Positions 37,991 through 50,338 of a stretch of 64,000 nucleotides of DNA are shown one piece after another. This stretch comes from Chiloscyllium plagiosum. Taxonomy: Eukaryota. Below the pieces are notes generated by a model that was given only the letters and a program-made list of their open reading frames with translations, searched no databases and had not been told where the DNA came from. The DNA lies in contig NC_057711.1 in assembly GCF_004010195.1 (NCBI RefSeq), positions 79,563,570 to 79,627,569 on the forward strand. Direction: 5' to 3'. The position numbers were made by a program, and so were the translations under genes. Numbering within the stretch: position 1 is the first letter of the stretch; every line of letters begins with the position of its first letter.

Positions 37991-38454
37991 AATAACTAGA
38001 TAAAAATGTCATTAAAAATGAAACTAGAATACTGGCTGAAGTGGTCATACCTGAGATATAACAATATCAGTATTCTTCACACAAGAAGTGACTCATTATC
38101 TGTGAAGAGCATCAGACCAGGATTGAAGGAAGTCATAAGGTCAAATAAGTATCCTGAAATGACTTGATAACATTTTTAGAATCAGGAAAATGTTCCATGG
38201 AACCTTTCTCCTGGAGAAGTGAACAGGATAGTATTCATATTATTTTAAATGGTTCACGATCAACAAAAGAAACAGAGCAGCTATCATTTATATTTTCCAC
38301 TCATTAAAAACCACCCAACTGCACCCCTGCCTCAACTTAACTATTTTGTTTCCTCTTAGATCTTTAGATCTGAATATTCAAAGGGTCTGTAAACCGGTCT
38401 TCCAACTTGTACCCTCTGTATGCTTGAGCTCATTGAAAACTCTAATGTCTGTAT

Positions 38455-38870
38455 TGTGATGGTACTGTGCCTTTAAAAAAGATTTGTTCTGTGCTGTTTC
38501 TCTTGCAGAGAGGTGTTGCCACAGTGGTTGCAGAATGTTTACTTCAGAAGCAGTTGGTAAACAGCTTTGAGCTCCCTTGAGTGTTTTTTTTTCTAAATTA
38601 GACAAAAGAAGCATGAGTGGATAGAGTCAGGCTCACACAGTCCTGAGTTTTAGTTTGGCTTTCAGTTGGGGTTTGGAGTTGGCCATTGGAGCTGATAGAT
38701 ATAGCTCTCTCTGCTGCAGCAAAAAGCTTGAGTTCAGTCTTCGCTGCTAGATTGTTTCTTTCAGTATTTCTTTGACCTGGACTGGAAAGGAGATAGCACA
38801 TGAGAAAAATCTGTTTTGCTGAATTTGCCTTTGCCAAGGGTGTGTTTATGGGATGATAGTATATTGGAAT
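38455..38870 (+). mobile_element. Possible truncated LTR
   Basis: Begins TGTGATGGTACTGTGCCTTTAA and resembles a shark LTR-type repeat by recall; no CA end or TSD found. Confidence 0.3.
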
Positions 38871-38871
38871 G

Positions 38872-39114
38872 GATTTTTTTTTAATTTGTGGGATGAGGGT
38901 GCTGATGCCAAGGCCATTTTTTGCCCAGCCAAAGGAGCTGTTATGAGTATTCTAGGTCTGGAGTGATTTGTAGGCCAGACCAACTAAGGATGGCAGTTTC
39001 CCTCCCTGAAGGACATCTTTGAACCAGATGGGTTTTTTTCCCAAACCCAGGTCCCTAGAACATTACCTGGGTTTCTGAATTAAGAATCCAGTGACAATAC
39101 CACTAGGCCATCAC
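38872..39114 (-). mobile_element. tRNA-derived SINE with a tail shared with the second LINE family
   Basis: Minus strand GTGATGGCCTAGTGG (A box)...GGGACCTGGGTTTG (B-box-like); 3' GGGCAAAAAATGGCC...CTCATCCCAC + poly(A), like 33330-33390. Confidence 0.7.
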
Positions 39115-40359
39115 ACATCATTATCTACAACAAATCTCATTCACCCATCATCCCTTGCGCGCCAATCATCCCTTCAATGCCAATACCTTAGTCACCCTCA
39201 TTGCCCTTCTCAATCTCTGAGCAGAATCATTCAGTCCGATCAAGAGCATTTAGAAGGGCAGGCATGGAAATTTAATGGATGGGAGGCAGACATTCAGTTT
39301 TCTGAAGTGCCATGGGAGTCTCTATTCTGCTCCTATTCTATCTGTGTGCAGTGGCACATCTGTCATCCTATGAGGAGATGGGGCACATTGAGAGATTAGG
39401 ATCCCTTTACAACCCCCGACCTCTGCCCTTACCTAGTCAGTAAGTGTATGCATCCATGTTCCAGAAACTGAAGTAGAAGTCCCTATGCATTCCAGACAGA
39501 TACTGATTATTCTGCTGGACCTGACTCACTCCAGAATCTGCCATCAAGGTAGATATGTGCTCCCATACTGGAGCCATGACATCAGCTCAGTCCCTGTTTC
39601 CAACCTGCTATTGACCTCTGACACCTCTGCTAGATGTTTTGCTGCCTGCCTGTGCAGCTGTGTTATGCTCAGCAGGGGCTTGTTGCCCACCAGAATGTGA
39701 CCCTGGGCTTGTGGAGCTGAAACTCTTTGCACAAATGGAGAGTATGATACAACACCTTGACAGCACATCCTTCAAGGCTTGCAACTTTTCCTCCACAGAG
39801 GTATAGTTCACAGGATGTATAGACATGGGGCAAGGGGCTGAGACCTTTTCTTTTTAGATATGGGATCTGGAGGACTGCAGTGAAAAATGCAAATATTTGT
39901 TAAGAAAATAAACTCAAAGGACTGCGGATGCTGGAAATCCAAAGAAACGCCGAGTGTCGAGTGTTGAGAGAAAACAAACAAGTGCTGCCAGACTTGCTGT
40001 GTTTCTCCAACAAGATTTGTTAGTAGTGTGTGCTGCCCCAAGGTTTCATGTGCACTGACAGGAAGAAATTGGAGGCTTGCTCAGTAAACGCCTGCAAAGA
40101 TCCAGACTTCTGTTCAACACCAGTATACACTCCTGTTCTCCTGCCAGCTCAACAACTGGCTTCTCTAAGTGGGTCTGGAGCACTTGTTGTGCATAATCTT
40201 CTCCTGCAGAAGGATGGAAGCATTGGCATGGATACATGTACACAGTGCCAACATTGCTGGAAACAAGTAGTGTTGTTAATCTGCAGAGCTGTGATTTTCC
40301 TTGTGGGTTACTATTAAAAAGTGTGGACTAAGGGGGAAGTTAGGTGTTAAAACATTCTC

Positions 40360-40445
40360 GAGAGTCTGGTGCTGGAAAAGCACAGCAGGTCAGGTGGCAT
40401 CCGAGGGGCAGGAGAATCGACGTTTCGGGAATAAGCCCTTCAGGT
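40360..40445 (-). mobile_element. Penelope-like pLTR relic with broken hammerhead core
   Basis: Reverse complement CTGAAG-GGCTTATTCCC-GAAA-CGTC; 3 nt missing relative to the 34781 copy. Confidence 0.8.
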
Positions 40446-40854
40446 GGCTCAGTGGCCAAGAAGTGTTGGCAAAGAATTAGAATTGATTACAAAAATAATT
40501 GTGAAGCAGATAAAGCCTCAATTTAACATTTTTTTCCAAAAAGCAGATTTTTAGCATTTCTGAAACGTAACTCTCTCAATAATGAACTAGATTATGTTCC
40601 CGCTTGCATTGATGTTTTAGCCAGAATGTTTTGATTCTTGCCGAAGCAGATTTCATTCAGCATTCATTCATGTACAAGTGCTCTGTGCAAAGGTAGCCAT
40701 TAGTTCAGGGTCTGCTGGCAGTTCATGCTGAGCTGTCTTGTTAGTTTTTGCCAGTGTTGCTTTGCGATTGCGTTCCACTCTCAGGGGGGAGGGTCCCAAG
40801 TTGGAATAGGAATTAAACCCAGATTATTGGCATTATTCTGAACCAAATATTAGT

Positions 40855-40959
40855 CAGTCAGCTATCTGGATTACCAGGCCTGGTGTTCAGTCAGCCATCT
40901 GGATTACCAGGCCTTGTCTCCAGTCAGCCATCTGAATTACCAAGCCTTGTCTCCAGTCA
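40855..40959. repeat. 33-bp minisatellite, ~3.2 copies
   Basis: Unit CAGTCAGCCATCTGGATTACCAGGCCTTGTCTC at 40855, 40888, 40921. Confidence 0.95.
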
Positions 40960-42104
40960 TTAAACATAAATGGAATATTACTCATTGACAACCTTCCTTA
41001 ATCATTGCAATGCAATTTAAAATCCTACCAATAAACTGGCTGAACTGATTAAGACATGTGTACCAGAGGTAGTTGCTTCCCTAGCCAACACTAGAATGTG
41101 CTTGGTAATGCAGGGGCCTAGCCATTTCTATTCTCATAAGAAACCGTAATCATTGCTTTAGTGTTGAAGTTATCAATAGAACCATTACAACCGAAAATAC
41201 AACCTCACTAATAACCTACTCAGTTACAACCAGTTTGGCTTCTGCCAAAACCATTTGATTTCCACCTTTATCCAAGTGTCAAACTTGTGAAATGAAAACA
41301 GCTTCCTCAATGTCAAGACAACAACCAATTGAACATGGCAACAAAATGCTCGAGGAAAGCTGAGGCGAATGAAGGTTAAATGAAATACTTTCCTCTGGTT
41401 AGAATCCTACTCCTTGACTTGAACAGATGGAGTGTAGAGTCAAAACATTGTAACCACAGACCATGACTACTGTGGTTCTTCAGTGAAATGATTTTTGGTT
41501 TAACAATCTTGAAATACTTCATTAATGAAGTTCTCTTCATCATAAGATCAACTGTGTAGTTCTGTGTTCAATGCATTTCAACAAATTCTACAGTTATATT
41601 AGACAGATTCTTATTGGGGTCTGAGCAACATGAGGTTTGTGGCAGAATTGGGCGAGAAATCTGGTGAGGCCCATCTCAAAATCAGAAACATCTCAGTCCA
41701 TCTTTAATGATTTTTGCAAGCGGCATGTTGAGATTTTCGCTAGGCAGCAGCTGGTTGCTTATTGATGATGATGATTACTTATTAAATATCTTGTTGATGG
41801 CTCATTTGCCTCTTAATATTCAGGCTTTCTATCTTACCAAACTTGCCAAACAAGCTAAGTGTTAAGAAAACTCAAAGTGGAAGCAAGAGTGGGTACCTAG
41901 TGAATTCAGCAGCTGCTTGCTCCAAAGATATTTGGTACATGGACATTTGCACCCAGCATGTGTGAGCTTCTAAGAGATAAGAGGATGGATAATAGGAAGT
42001 AAAAAATAGGCAAAACATGTGATCTCATACTCCCAATTCCTCTGCCTCTGCCGCATCTGCTGCCAGGATGAAGGATTCTATTTGGGGACATTCCTAATAT
42101 CCTT

Positions 42105-43160
42105 CTATTTCAAGGACCGCAATTTCCCTTCCCCGTGATTAATAATGCCCTCAACCACATCTCCTCCATTTCCCACATCTCTGCCCTCATATCCCCTCCC
42201 CCAACTACAATAAGGATAGAGTTCCCCCGTCCCCACATACCACCCCACCAAACTCCAAATCCAACGTATCATCCGCTGCTTTTCGCCACCTGCAGTCAGA
42301 GCCCACCACCAAAAAGGAATTTCCTTCCTCACCACTATCTGCTTTCCATAGGGAGCCGTTCACTCCGTGACTCCCTCGTAAGTTCCATATTCCCCACCAA
42401 CCTTGCATCCAGACCTTTCCCTGCAATCACAAGAAATGCAACACCTGCCCCTACACCTCCCCTTCCACCTCCATCCAAGGTCCCCAACAATCATTCCAAA
42501 TCCGGCAGAGATTCACCTGCATCTCTTCTAACCTGATCTATTGCACCCATTGCTCCCAATGTGGTCTGCTCTACACTGGAGAGACCAAGCGCAGACTCGG
42601 GGACTGGTTTGTGGAGCATCTACACTCTGTACACTCCAATCAACACCACCTTCCGGTTGCCAGCCATTTCAATTCCCACTCCCTCTCTCTTGACAACATG
42701 TCTATCCTGAGCCTCCTGCACTGACAAAATGAGGCCAAACACAAATTGGAGGAACAACACCTTATATTCCGCATTGGGAACTTACGGCGCATTGTCCTCG
42801 GCATAGAGTTCACCAGCTTCAAAACCGTCCCACCCCCAACTTCAACCCACATCCAGCCCTCCCTCTCCTCCCCGCCTTCTTGACCTGACCTAACCTGTCT
42901 ATCTTCCCTCTTCCCCCATCTGCTCCACCCTTCCCACTAGCCAATCACAATAATCCCCTATCCTGCATCCACTTGTCACCACCCCACCTACCTTCCCCAC
43001 ATCCATGTATCACTAAACCACCTGCCCTTTCCCATCTCACACCCTCTCTCTATTTCTTTCTGAGCTCCCTTCCCCCTCCCTAGCCCTAATGACCCAAAAC
43101 ATTGACTTCCCAGCTCCTTCGATCCTGTTTGACCTGCTGTGCTCTTCCAGCTCCACACAG
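42105..43160 (+). mobile_element. Penelope-like element, Neptune-type, 3' portion (Cys-rich linker and GIY-YIG endonuclease), disrupted
   Basis: TFPCNHKKCNTCPY...FTCISSNLIYCTHCSQCGLLYTGETKRRLGDWFVEH...PVASHFN...KLEEQHLIFRIG; pyrimidine-rich 3' region; pLTR remnant at 43085-43160 with the hammerhead largely deleted. Confidence 0.9.
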
Positions 43161-43635
43161 TATCCCCTCTGTTTTGGAAGTTAGCTGGTCTCATGACCTA
43201 CTTTACATGCCCCTGTATTGAAAATGCACCAACCGGGGCATATAATATTCAGCCAATCAAGGAGAAATCAATATGGCTTTTCCAGTATTGCTCATTTCTA
43301 AATGCAATGGGTTTAAAAAAAAATCCCTCCTGCCTTGCTATTATAACTTGTATAGTGAATTTCATGGTTACATGTGTAACATATTTTCTTCAGATATTGT
43401 GTTGCTGTCCAATTAAATCCAGTTCTGTATTAATTCTTAGGATGGATTTTTTACTTTCATACGTGGAGCTTAACCAATTTAATGTGTTTTACCTCACATT
43501 TGTTGCAAAATTTCTCTATTTAGTAAGATGTTATATAAGAGGTTTATATTATAACTTGTTGCTTGCAAGTACAACCTTGTCTTTTGTTCCTGTTTTGTAA
43601 TGCTACTAATTTAAAAATTATGTTCCTATTTTCAG

Positions 43636-43788
43636 GATCCCACCTCACCACGAGGTAGCCCACCACACTCACCACGGGAAAATGGCTTGGATAAATCTCG
43701 CCTATTAAAAAAGGATGCACCTATAAGTCCAGCTTCTATTGCTTCCTCCAGTAGTACTCCTTCCTCAAAGTCCAAAGAAATTGGTCTT
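43636..43788 (+). CDS. TLE4: TLE4 exon (~exon 11; CcN/SP boundary)
   Basis: tttcag|GAT...CTT|gtgagt; 153 nt; [51 protein letters not shown]. Confidence 0.96.
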
Positions 43789-43978
43789 GTGAGTATAGTT
43801 AATACACGTGAACCCTTCAGATGGAAATTTTCAGTGCTAGTTCAGTAAAAGTATTTTTCACTCCTGTCCTCTTTCCCCTACTCTGGAGATTGTCTTTAAG
43901 TACTGCTATAGTACATGGAACCTAGTGATAAAATCTAGTGATCATAATTTTTCAGCAGGATAACTATGAGTGAATTTT

Positions 43979-44505
43979 AGTCATAGAGATGTACAGAATG
44001 GAAACAGACCCTTCGGTCCAACCCGTCCATGCCGACCAGATATCCCAACCCAATCTAGCCCCATCTGCCAGCACCCGGCCCATATCCCTCCAAACCCTTC
44101 CTATTCATTTACCCATCCAAATGCCTCTTAAATGTTGCAATTGTACCAGCCTCCACTACATCCTCTGGCAGCTCATTCCATATATGTACCACCTTCTGTG
44201 TGAAAAAGTTGCCCCATAGGTCTCTTTTGTATCTTTCCTCTCACCCTAAACCTATGCCCTCTAGTTCTGGACTCCCCGACCCCAGGGAAAAGACTTTGCC
44301 TATTTACCCTATCTATGCCCCTCATAATTTTGTAAACCTCTATAAGGTCACCCCTCAGCCTCCGACGCTACAGGGAAAACAGCCCCAGCCTGTTCAGCCT
44401 CTCCCTGTAGCTCAAATCCTCCAACCCTGGCAACATCCTTGTAAATCTTTTCTAAACCCTTTCAAGTTTCACAACATCTTTCCGATAGGAAGGAAACCAG
44501 AATTA
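43979..44505 (-). mobile_element. Relatively young CR1 LINE 3' fragment
   Basis: AGTCATAGAGATGTACAG tail, CpGs retained; similar to 16444-17000. Confidence 0.9.
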
Positions 44506-44650
44506 ATTATAAATTAAATATATAATGTCTGACAAAATGCTGTAAATCTGAACCAGGGAGAAAATATCTTGGATTCCCAGGTCACTCACTAACCACGAAA
44601 AGGAAAGGCTGATATTTTGGCTGTAGACCCTTCTTCATGGTGAAATATCA

Positions 44651-45718
44651 TAGTTGTGGGTATGTTCGCTGAGCTGAGAAGTTGATTTGCAGACGTTTCA
44701 TCCCCTGTCTAGGTGACATCTTCGGTGCGTTGGAGTTCCTGTGAAGCACTGCTGTGCTGTGTCATTTCTGGATGTGATTGTAGAAAGAATACAGAACAGT
44801 GAATGCACCTCAAAAGTGTACAGAAAAGCCACACACACAGACCAGAAGCTGAACTAAACAGCAAACACACACAAGAGAAGCTGTATTAGGTCCCTGTACG
44901 AAAGAACTACCACATACTGCAGCACTCCTGATCTACAAAGGGAAGAAGAACATCTTCACAGAGTCTTCACCAAGAACGGATACCCCAACAATTTCATCCA
45001 CATATGCCTAACAGACAGACAACGCAATGAGGACATGCCACGACCCAACACACTAGCCACGCTAACATATGTAAAAAACATATGAGAACTAACAGCCAGC
45101 CTTCTTTGATGACTGGGATCCATGACAACCAATAAACCGACAACATCTCACCAACATCAGACAACATTTCACCAGGACAAAAGACCATATACTCATCATG
45201 TTAAAGGCTAACATAATATACAAGATTCCATGCAAAGACCACACAAAATACTATGTGTGACAAATAGGCAGACAGCTAGCAATCCGCATCCACAAACACC
45301 AACTAGCCACTAAATGCTCTGACCAGCTGTCCCTAGTAGCTCTACATATAGATGACAAGGACTACAAATTCGACTGGGTAAAGACAGTGACCATAGGACA
45401 AGGTAAACAGAGAACAGGCAGAGGATTTCTAAAAGCATGGCATTCATCCACAGACTCCATCAACAAGCATGTAAACCTAGATCCAATATACCGATCACAA
45501 CAACGAACTACCGGATCTGGCAACCGCAAACAGCAGCAACGGAACTAAATAAATTGCAGAAGACACATTACAGCAGCACTTTAAGGGAGGCTTCGCTGCA
45601 CTGAAGATGTCACCTAGGCAGGGGACGAAACGTCTGCAACTCAACTTCCCAGCTTGGCAAACATACCCACAACCATGACAACTGACACCCAAGCTATAAA
45701 TCTTTACACAAACCTTGA
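44651..45718 (+). mobile_element. Penelope/Poseidon-type element, 5'-truncated, with inverted 5' pLTR and 16-bp TSD
   Basis: FLDV...VYRKATHTDQ (RT end); NIIYKIPCKDHTKYYV*QIGRQLAIRIHKH (GIY-YIG); 44651-44770 is an inverted copy of 45557-45675; TCATGGTGAAATATCA (44635-44650) vs TCATGATGAAATATCA (45719-45734). Confidence 0.93.
45597..45638 (+). ncRNA. Minimal type I hammerhead ribozyme motif, core intact, on the TLE4 sense strand
   Basis: UGCA-CUGAAGA-U-GUCACC-UAGGCA-GGGGAC-GAAA-CG-UC-UGCA; helix I UGCA/UGCA, helix II 5 of 6 pairs, palindromic ACGU; predicted cut after C45634. Confidence 0.8.
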
Positions 45719-46589
45719 TCATGATGAAATATCAAAACAACTTGAAAGCCTGTGATTAACTGTTTAGACTCTGATGGGGGATTACATGTCACTCACCAAT
45801 TTGCTTGTTTCATGGCACTATTTCAGCAAAGGGCTATTTTCTTGAAGGTGGGATGGGTGGGGGAACAGGGCTACCAAGCAATGTGTAACTGACTCAACTT
45901 ATTAAAGATCTACTCCTGCCCAATGTTTGAGGCTGACTGGGGGTTTCAAGGCAGCTTTCAGGTCCCCAGACGTAGTGAGGAATGATACAGCTTCCTGAAG
46001 GTGGCTTCCCAGAGACAGCCAGAGGTCTAGTGCTGCAGGCAACCTTAAAGGCCTTCTGTATCTTCCAGCTTCCTGCTGGCTGCCTTGAGAGGGGCATCAC
46101 CTATAAGGGGGTCTACCTCTACTGATGCCATTTTTAAATTTCAAACTGAGAAAAGCTGGAGAGCAGAAGCAGACACCTCCATTTTGATTGCTTTTTCCCT
46201 CCATTGTTGTCCTCTAGCCACTAATTGGCCTATTTGAAGAAATCCAGGTATGTGCCTGTGTCCCATTTAACACAAGCTAATGCTCCCATGTGAGTCTGGC
46301 TTTGGTATTCTGTCCTAGGACTCTTCACTTATGCCATATCTGTATTTCGCTCAGGTTAAAAAGTATTTAAACTTAGCTTTTTACAAAAAAAATTGATTTT
46401 TCATATGGTTAATTTAACATTTTTCTCAATTGCAGTGATTTATTTTAATTGTTGATGATACTGGTAAAAATTTACATTGGTTATTGGCTATAACTCTTAT
46501 CAGTACAATTCTAATATGCAGTAAATTAATCTTTGCAGTATCAATTTGTAGTTGCAGTATTGACAAAGCAGTTTTCTGTTTACTAACAG

Positions 46590-46722
46590 AATGAGAAATC
46601 AACTACTCCAGTATCAAAGTCGAACACTCCAACTCCACGATCAGATGCTCCTACTCCAGGAAGTAATTCCACCCCAGGATTGAGGCCAGTCCCTGGTAAA
46701 CCACCAGGAATTGATCCATTAG
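46590..46722 (+). CDS. TLE4: TLE4 exon (~exon 12; SP domain)
   Basis: tactaacag|AAT...TTA G|gtagct; 133 nt, ends phase 1; [44 protein letters not shown]. Confidence 0.95.
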
Positions 46723-47052
46723 GTAGCTAAATGGTTGACAATAAGCAGTTATTTTGTACCGTTTTCTAACCTTCTCTTTGATGTTGGCATGAATTCCTGT
46801 TTTATTGTAGCAGGAATCCATTTTCGATTTCTTGCATTCGTAGTTGCAAAAAAAATCATCATATTACAATTCTTACATGGAAAAGCTCTTAAAGGAAGCT
46901 AACCACAAAATGTAACATTATATGCACTTTGTTTTTTTTTCTCCTCTGGATTGCACGACTTTCACAATAAAATGTGCAGCTGAAATAAACTAAAAACTCT
47001 GGCAGGTATTTGGAACTTACAGTCACTGATAGCAGACTTTGGTCATTTACAG

Positions 47053-47237
47053 GTTTGAGGACTCCCATGGCAGTACCATGCCCTTATCCTGCTCCTTTTG
47101 GCATAGTGCCCCATGCTGGTATGAATGGAGATCTGACAAGCCCAGGGGCATATGCAGGTTTACATAATATCTCCCCCCAGATGAGTGCAGCAGCAGCTGC
47201 TGCAGCAGCGGCAGCTGCCTATGGCCGATCTCCAGTG
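47053..47237 (+). CDS. TLE4: TLE4 exon (~exon 13; SP domain with 11-Ala tract at 47187-47219)
   Basis: tttacag|GT TTG AGG...GTG|gtgagt; 185 nt, phase 1/0; (G)[61 protein letters not shown]. Confidence 0.93.
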
Positions 47238-48263
47238 GTGAGTGAATCGAGCAGGCTTTTAACCTTGAATTGACTAAGCTTTTTTTTGCTGTCAATAAGA
47301 TGACTGCTGATTTGAATGAATTTAAGCCAGAGAAAAGTTCAATATGTGACCATAGATACAATTGTCATAACTAAGAAAAGGCAAATACACTTGACAATTG
47401 AGGCATTTTGAACAAATGGGATTAATGCATCCCGTCATGGTGGGGAACATGGCAGTCAGACCAACTTAAAATCCCGCTGTGGCAGAGTCTTCCCCAATTA
47501 CATCGCTGGCATAAGGAGTTGGAGTGGAATTCCCAGCTGCCAGCATTGGAATGCCAATCAGGTTCATTAATGAGCTAATTAATACTCATTATCTTTGAAA
47601 TCCCTGCAATTTAATGGTGTCCCAGGAATTAAATGGGAGCCGCAAAGCTTAGCTGCTCCTCCTAAAGGCTGCCAAGCAAGCCCCGTCAGATTTTCCAACA
47701 GCCTACCAGGAGGGCTCTCTCATAATTAAAGCTCTGTGCCTGATTGAGAAACAAAGCATCAGGAATGGGGGCCATTGAAAGCCATCCCTCCCTTGCCTCT
47801 GAACCCTTTGATCTCACCTGTCTCAATTGCCCTCAAACGCCACCAGTCTGCATCCCCATCCCTTCTTCACTCTGTGTTGGCCTCAGGTCACTCTGTGATC
47901 CTGGATCCATGGTGGGTATGATACCTTCTCTTCCACTATGGCAGGTGATGTAGGGAGCAGCTGGTCTCTGATTAGCAAGCACCACCCATCAGATGGAACC
48001 TCTACTGCTAGGATCCTGATCCCTATGGAGGGCCTGGTCATGGGCACATGAGGTCATTGTGTTTCACCAATCGAATTGAATCAATGGGGTTTCTTAACCA
48101 TTTTCCACTAGTTCTTCAACCATTGGGGAAGACTCCATCAGTCTGACTTAAAGGGGCACCCATCCAAAATGCTTTTCTAAAAAGTAAAACCAGATTCACT
48201 GTTTTTAATAAGAGCAACAATTCAATTCCAATTAATTTACAACTTAATTCTGGTGATTTTTAG

Positions 48264-48337
48264 GTTGGGTTTGATCCACATCACATACGCGTACCTGGGA
48301 TTCCACCGAACTTAAGTGGCATCCCTGGGGGAAAACC
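48264..48337 (+). CDS. TLE4: TLE4 exon (~exon 14)
   Basis: ttttag|GTT...AAA CC|gtaagt; 74 nt, ends phase 2; VGFDPHHIRVPGIPPNLSGIPGGKP. Confidence 0.95.
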
Positions 48338-49597
48338 GTAAGTCGATTATTGTCATTCTGCTTGTTAACCGGGCATGAAAAGAAAATAATATAACTTTTT
48401 CGGAAAAAGGAGGTAAATGGAGAGAATAAAGCCATGGTGGAATTAATTTTGTAATTTGCTTTCCTCCAAGATTTTTGCATCTCACTGGTATTATCAGTCT
48501 GCAAACTGATTGATTCAAACAAACAAGCCATTTGATTGTCCTGGCTATGGCACTGACTTTGAAGTGAAACCATTCTTGGGTTGATTTGGTGTTGATACTT
48601 TCTAAGTGTGTGAGATCCTGAAAGTGTTGCCAGCATGGTCCAAAGTTAGAACACAAAGAACAATCTTTGCTTTGATTCCAATGAATGACATTTCTTAAAG
48701 GCATCCAGTACATTTGAAGTTGCCACTTTGATTGTTTTCAATACTCCTGACAGTCTCAGATGTTGTGCACTTTGAGGTGGAAATATCGTTGCACAGTCAG
48801 TACAGTTGCCAAGACCACACGGACCATTGGCTGGCTGGCTGGATTGATGCTAACTTTTCTACATTGGTCTTTCCACCACATTAAAGCCTGTTATATAACT
48901 GACATAATTGTACCTGCTATCCATCTAATGAGGGTGGGCACCTATGCTTATCATTTGTCAGATGACTAAACAGGAACTGATCTTCCTGAAGGAGAGCTGA
49001 GAGAACAAACTAGTGGAGTTGAGGTGGTTCTAAAACGAATCTTCAGTATCTATATTTATCATGCATATGTTATTCCAGGATGCTGTTAGAGTCATTTACT
49101 GAATCTGGCTCATCACATTGTGGAGGGACAGCCTATCAAAGTGGGACCAGTATTTGTTGTATGCGGCATCAGAAACCTTTGGAAGACACTGCTCCAATGA
49201 ATCCACTAACTAATCGCTATTACCTAGTTAAACTCTAACAGCACTCTGTTAACATGATGGCCCTTCATGCTTAGCTCTCCTGACCTTGCTTTATTTCTTA
49301 AGTAAGTGGATTGTGTTTCTTTGGGAACACGTTGCACATTGTTAGGCTGACAAATCCTACAATGAATCTTCAGAGCTTGACATGTAGCCTCTTAAATAAA
49401 GTAATGGTTTCTGTGCACATTAGATAATTCTCAGCACAATAAAAATAATCAATTCTAAGTTTAATATTTGAACAGATTATGTTAGAATTAAAATTGATTG
49501 AAGGGCATGCTGAAATATTACAGAATGTTGGCGTTATTGGAAAATCTGAGTCGCAATAACAGAAAATACTGCACTGAAAGTAGTAGTAATTTTCTAA

Positions 49598-49936
<339 letters not shown>

Positions 49937-50219
49937 TGACACAAAAAACATGTATGTTATTCAAGAGAAGAAAATTAGTTTTACAAAGTAAAAATGTTGT
50001 TCTTTTCACAGACTGTTATCTGTGGAAATAAGGGTTAAAATCCCTGACTATTGCATGAAATAATCATGTGCAAGTACTAATGAAATTCTCTGTTGTGCTG
50101 AATTGCTTGCGTTTTAATTATTAAGACCACAAGAGAAACTGGTATGGAAAAAAAATCCAACACAGGTACACATATTTCATATTAATGTCAACAGAAATGA
50201 AAACTAACATTTTTATGAT

Positions 50220-50338
50220 GTGGACATGCTAGTGTTGGACTGGGGTGGACAAAGTCAAAAGGCACAACACCAGGTCAAAGACCAACAGATTTCTTTAAAA
50301 TCACAAGCCTTCAGAGCGCTGCTCCTTTGTCAGGTGAC
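50220..50338 (-). mobile_element. Solo Penelope-like pLTR with decayed hammerhead and probable 12-bp TSD
   Basis: Reverse complement TCAC-CTGACAA-A-GGAGC-AGC-GCTCT-GAAG-GCTT-GTGA; CATTTTTATGAT (50208-50219) vs CATTTTCATGAT (50339-50350); same family as 52041. Confidence 0.8.

Noticed and set aside
39040..39114. tRNA gene (also similar heads at ~7000-7050, 14534-14575 and 57920-57985)
   Set aside because: A/B-box-like heads of SINEs; no complete cloverleaf
39400..39900. GC-richer block with several short ORFs (similar blocks at ~45820-46330, 47420-48110 and 57200-57760)
   Set aside because: Probably old DNA-transposon remnants, but no motif, TIR or TSD could be demonstrated
40855..40959. 33-bp direct repeats as a CRISPR array
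   Set aside because: Contiguous units with no spacers, vertebrate intron, no cas genes
43139..43600. 153-aa ORF before ~exon 11
   Set aside because: Starts in a PLE remnant, T-rich hydrophobic composition, ends in the acceptor region; no homology recognised
45450..45463. ACAGACTCCATCAA resembling the short upstream TLE4 microexon (DRDSIK)
   Set aside because: Lies within the Penelope ORF (AWHSSTDSINKH), out of exon order and without splice sites; no such microexon was found in 1-36358
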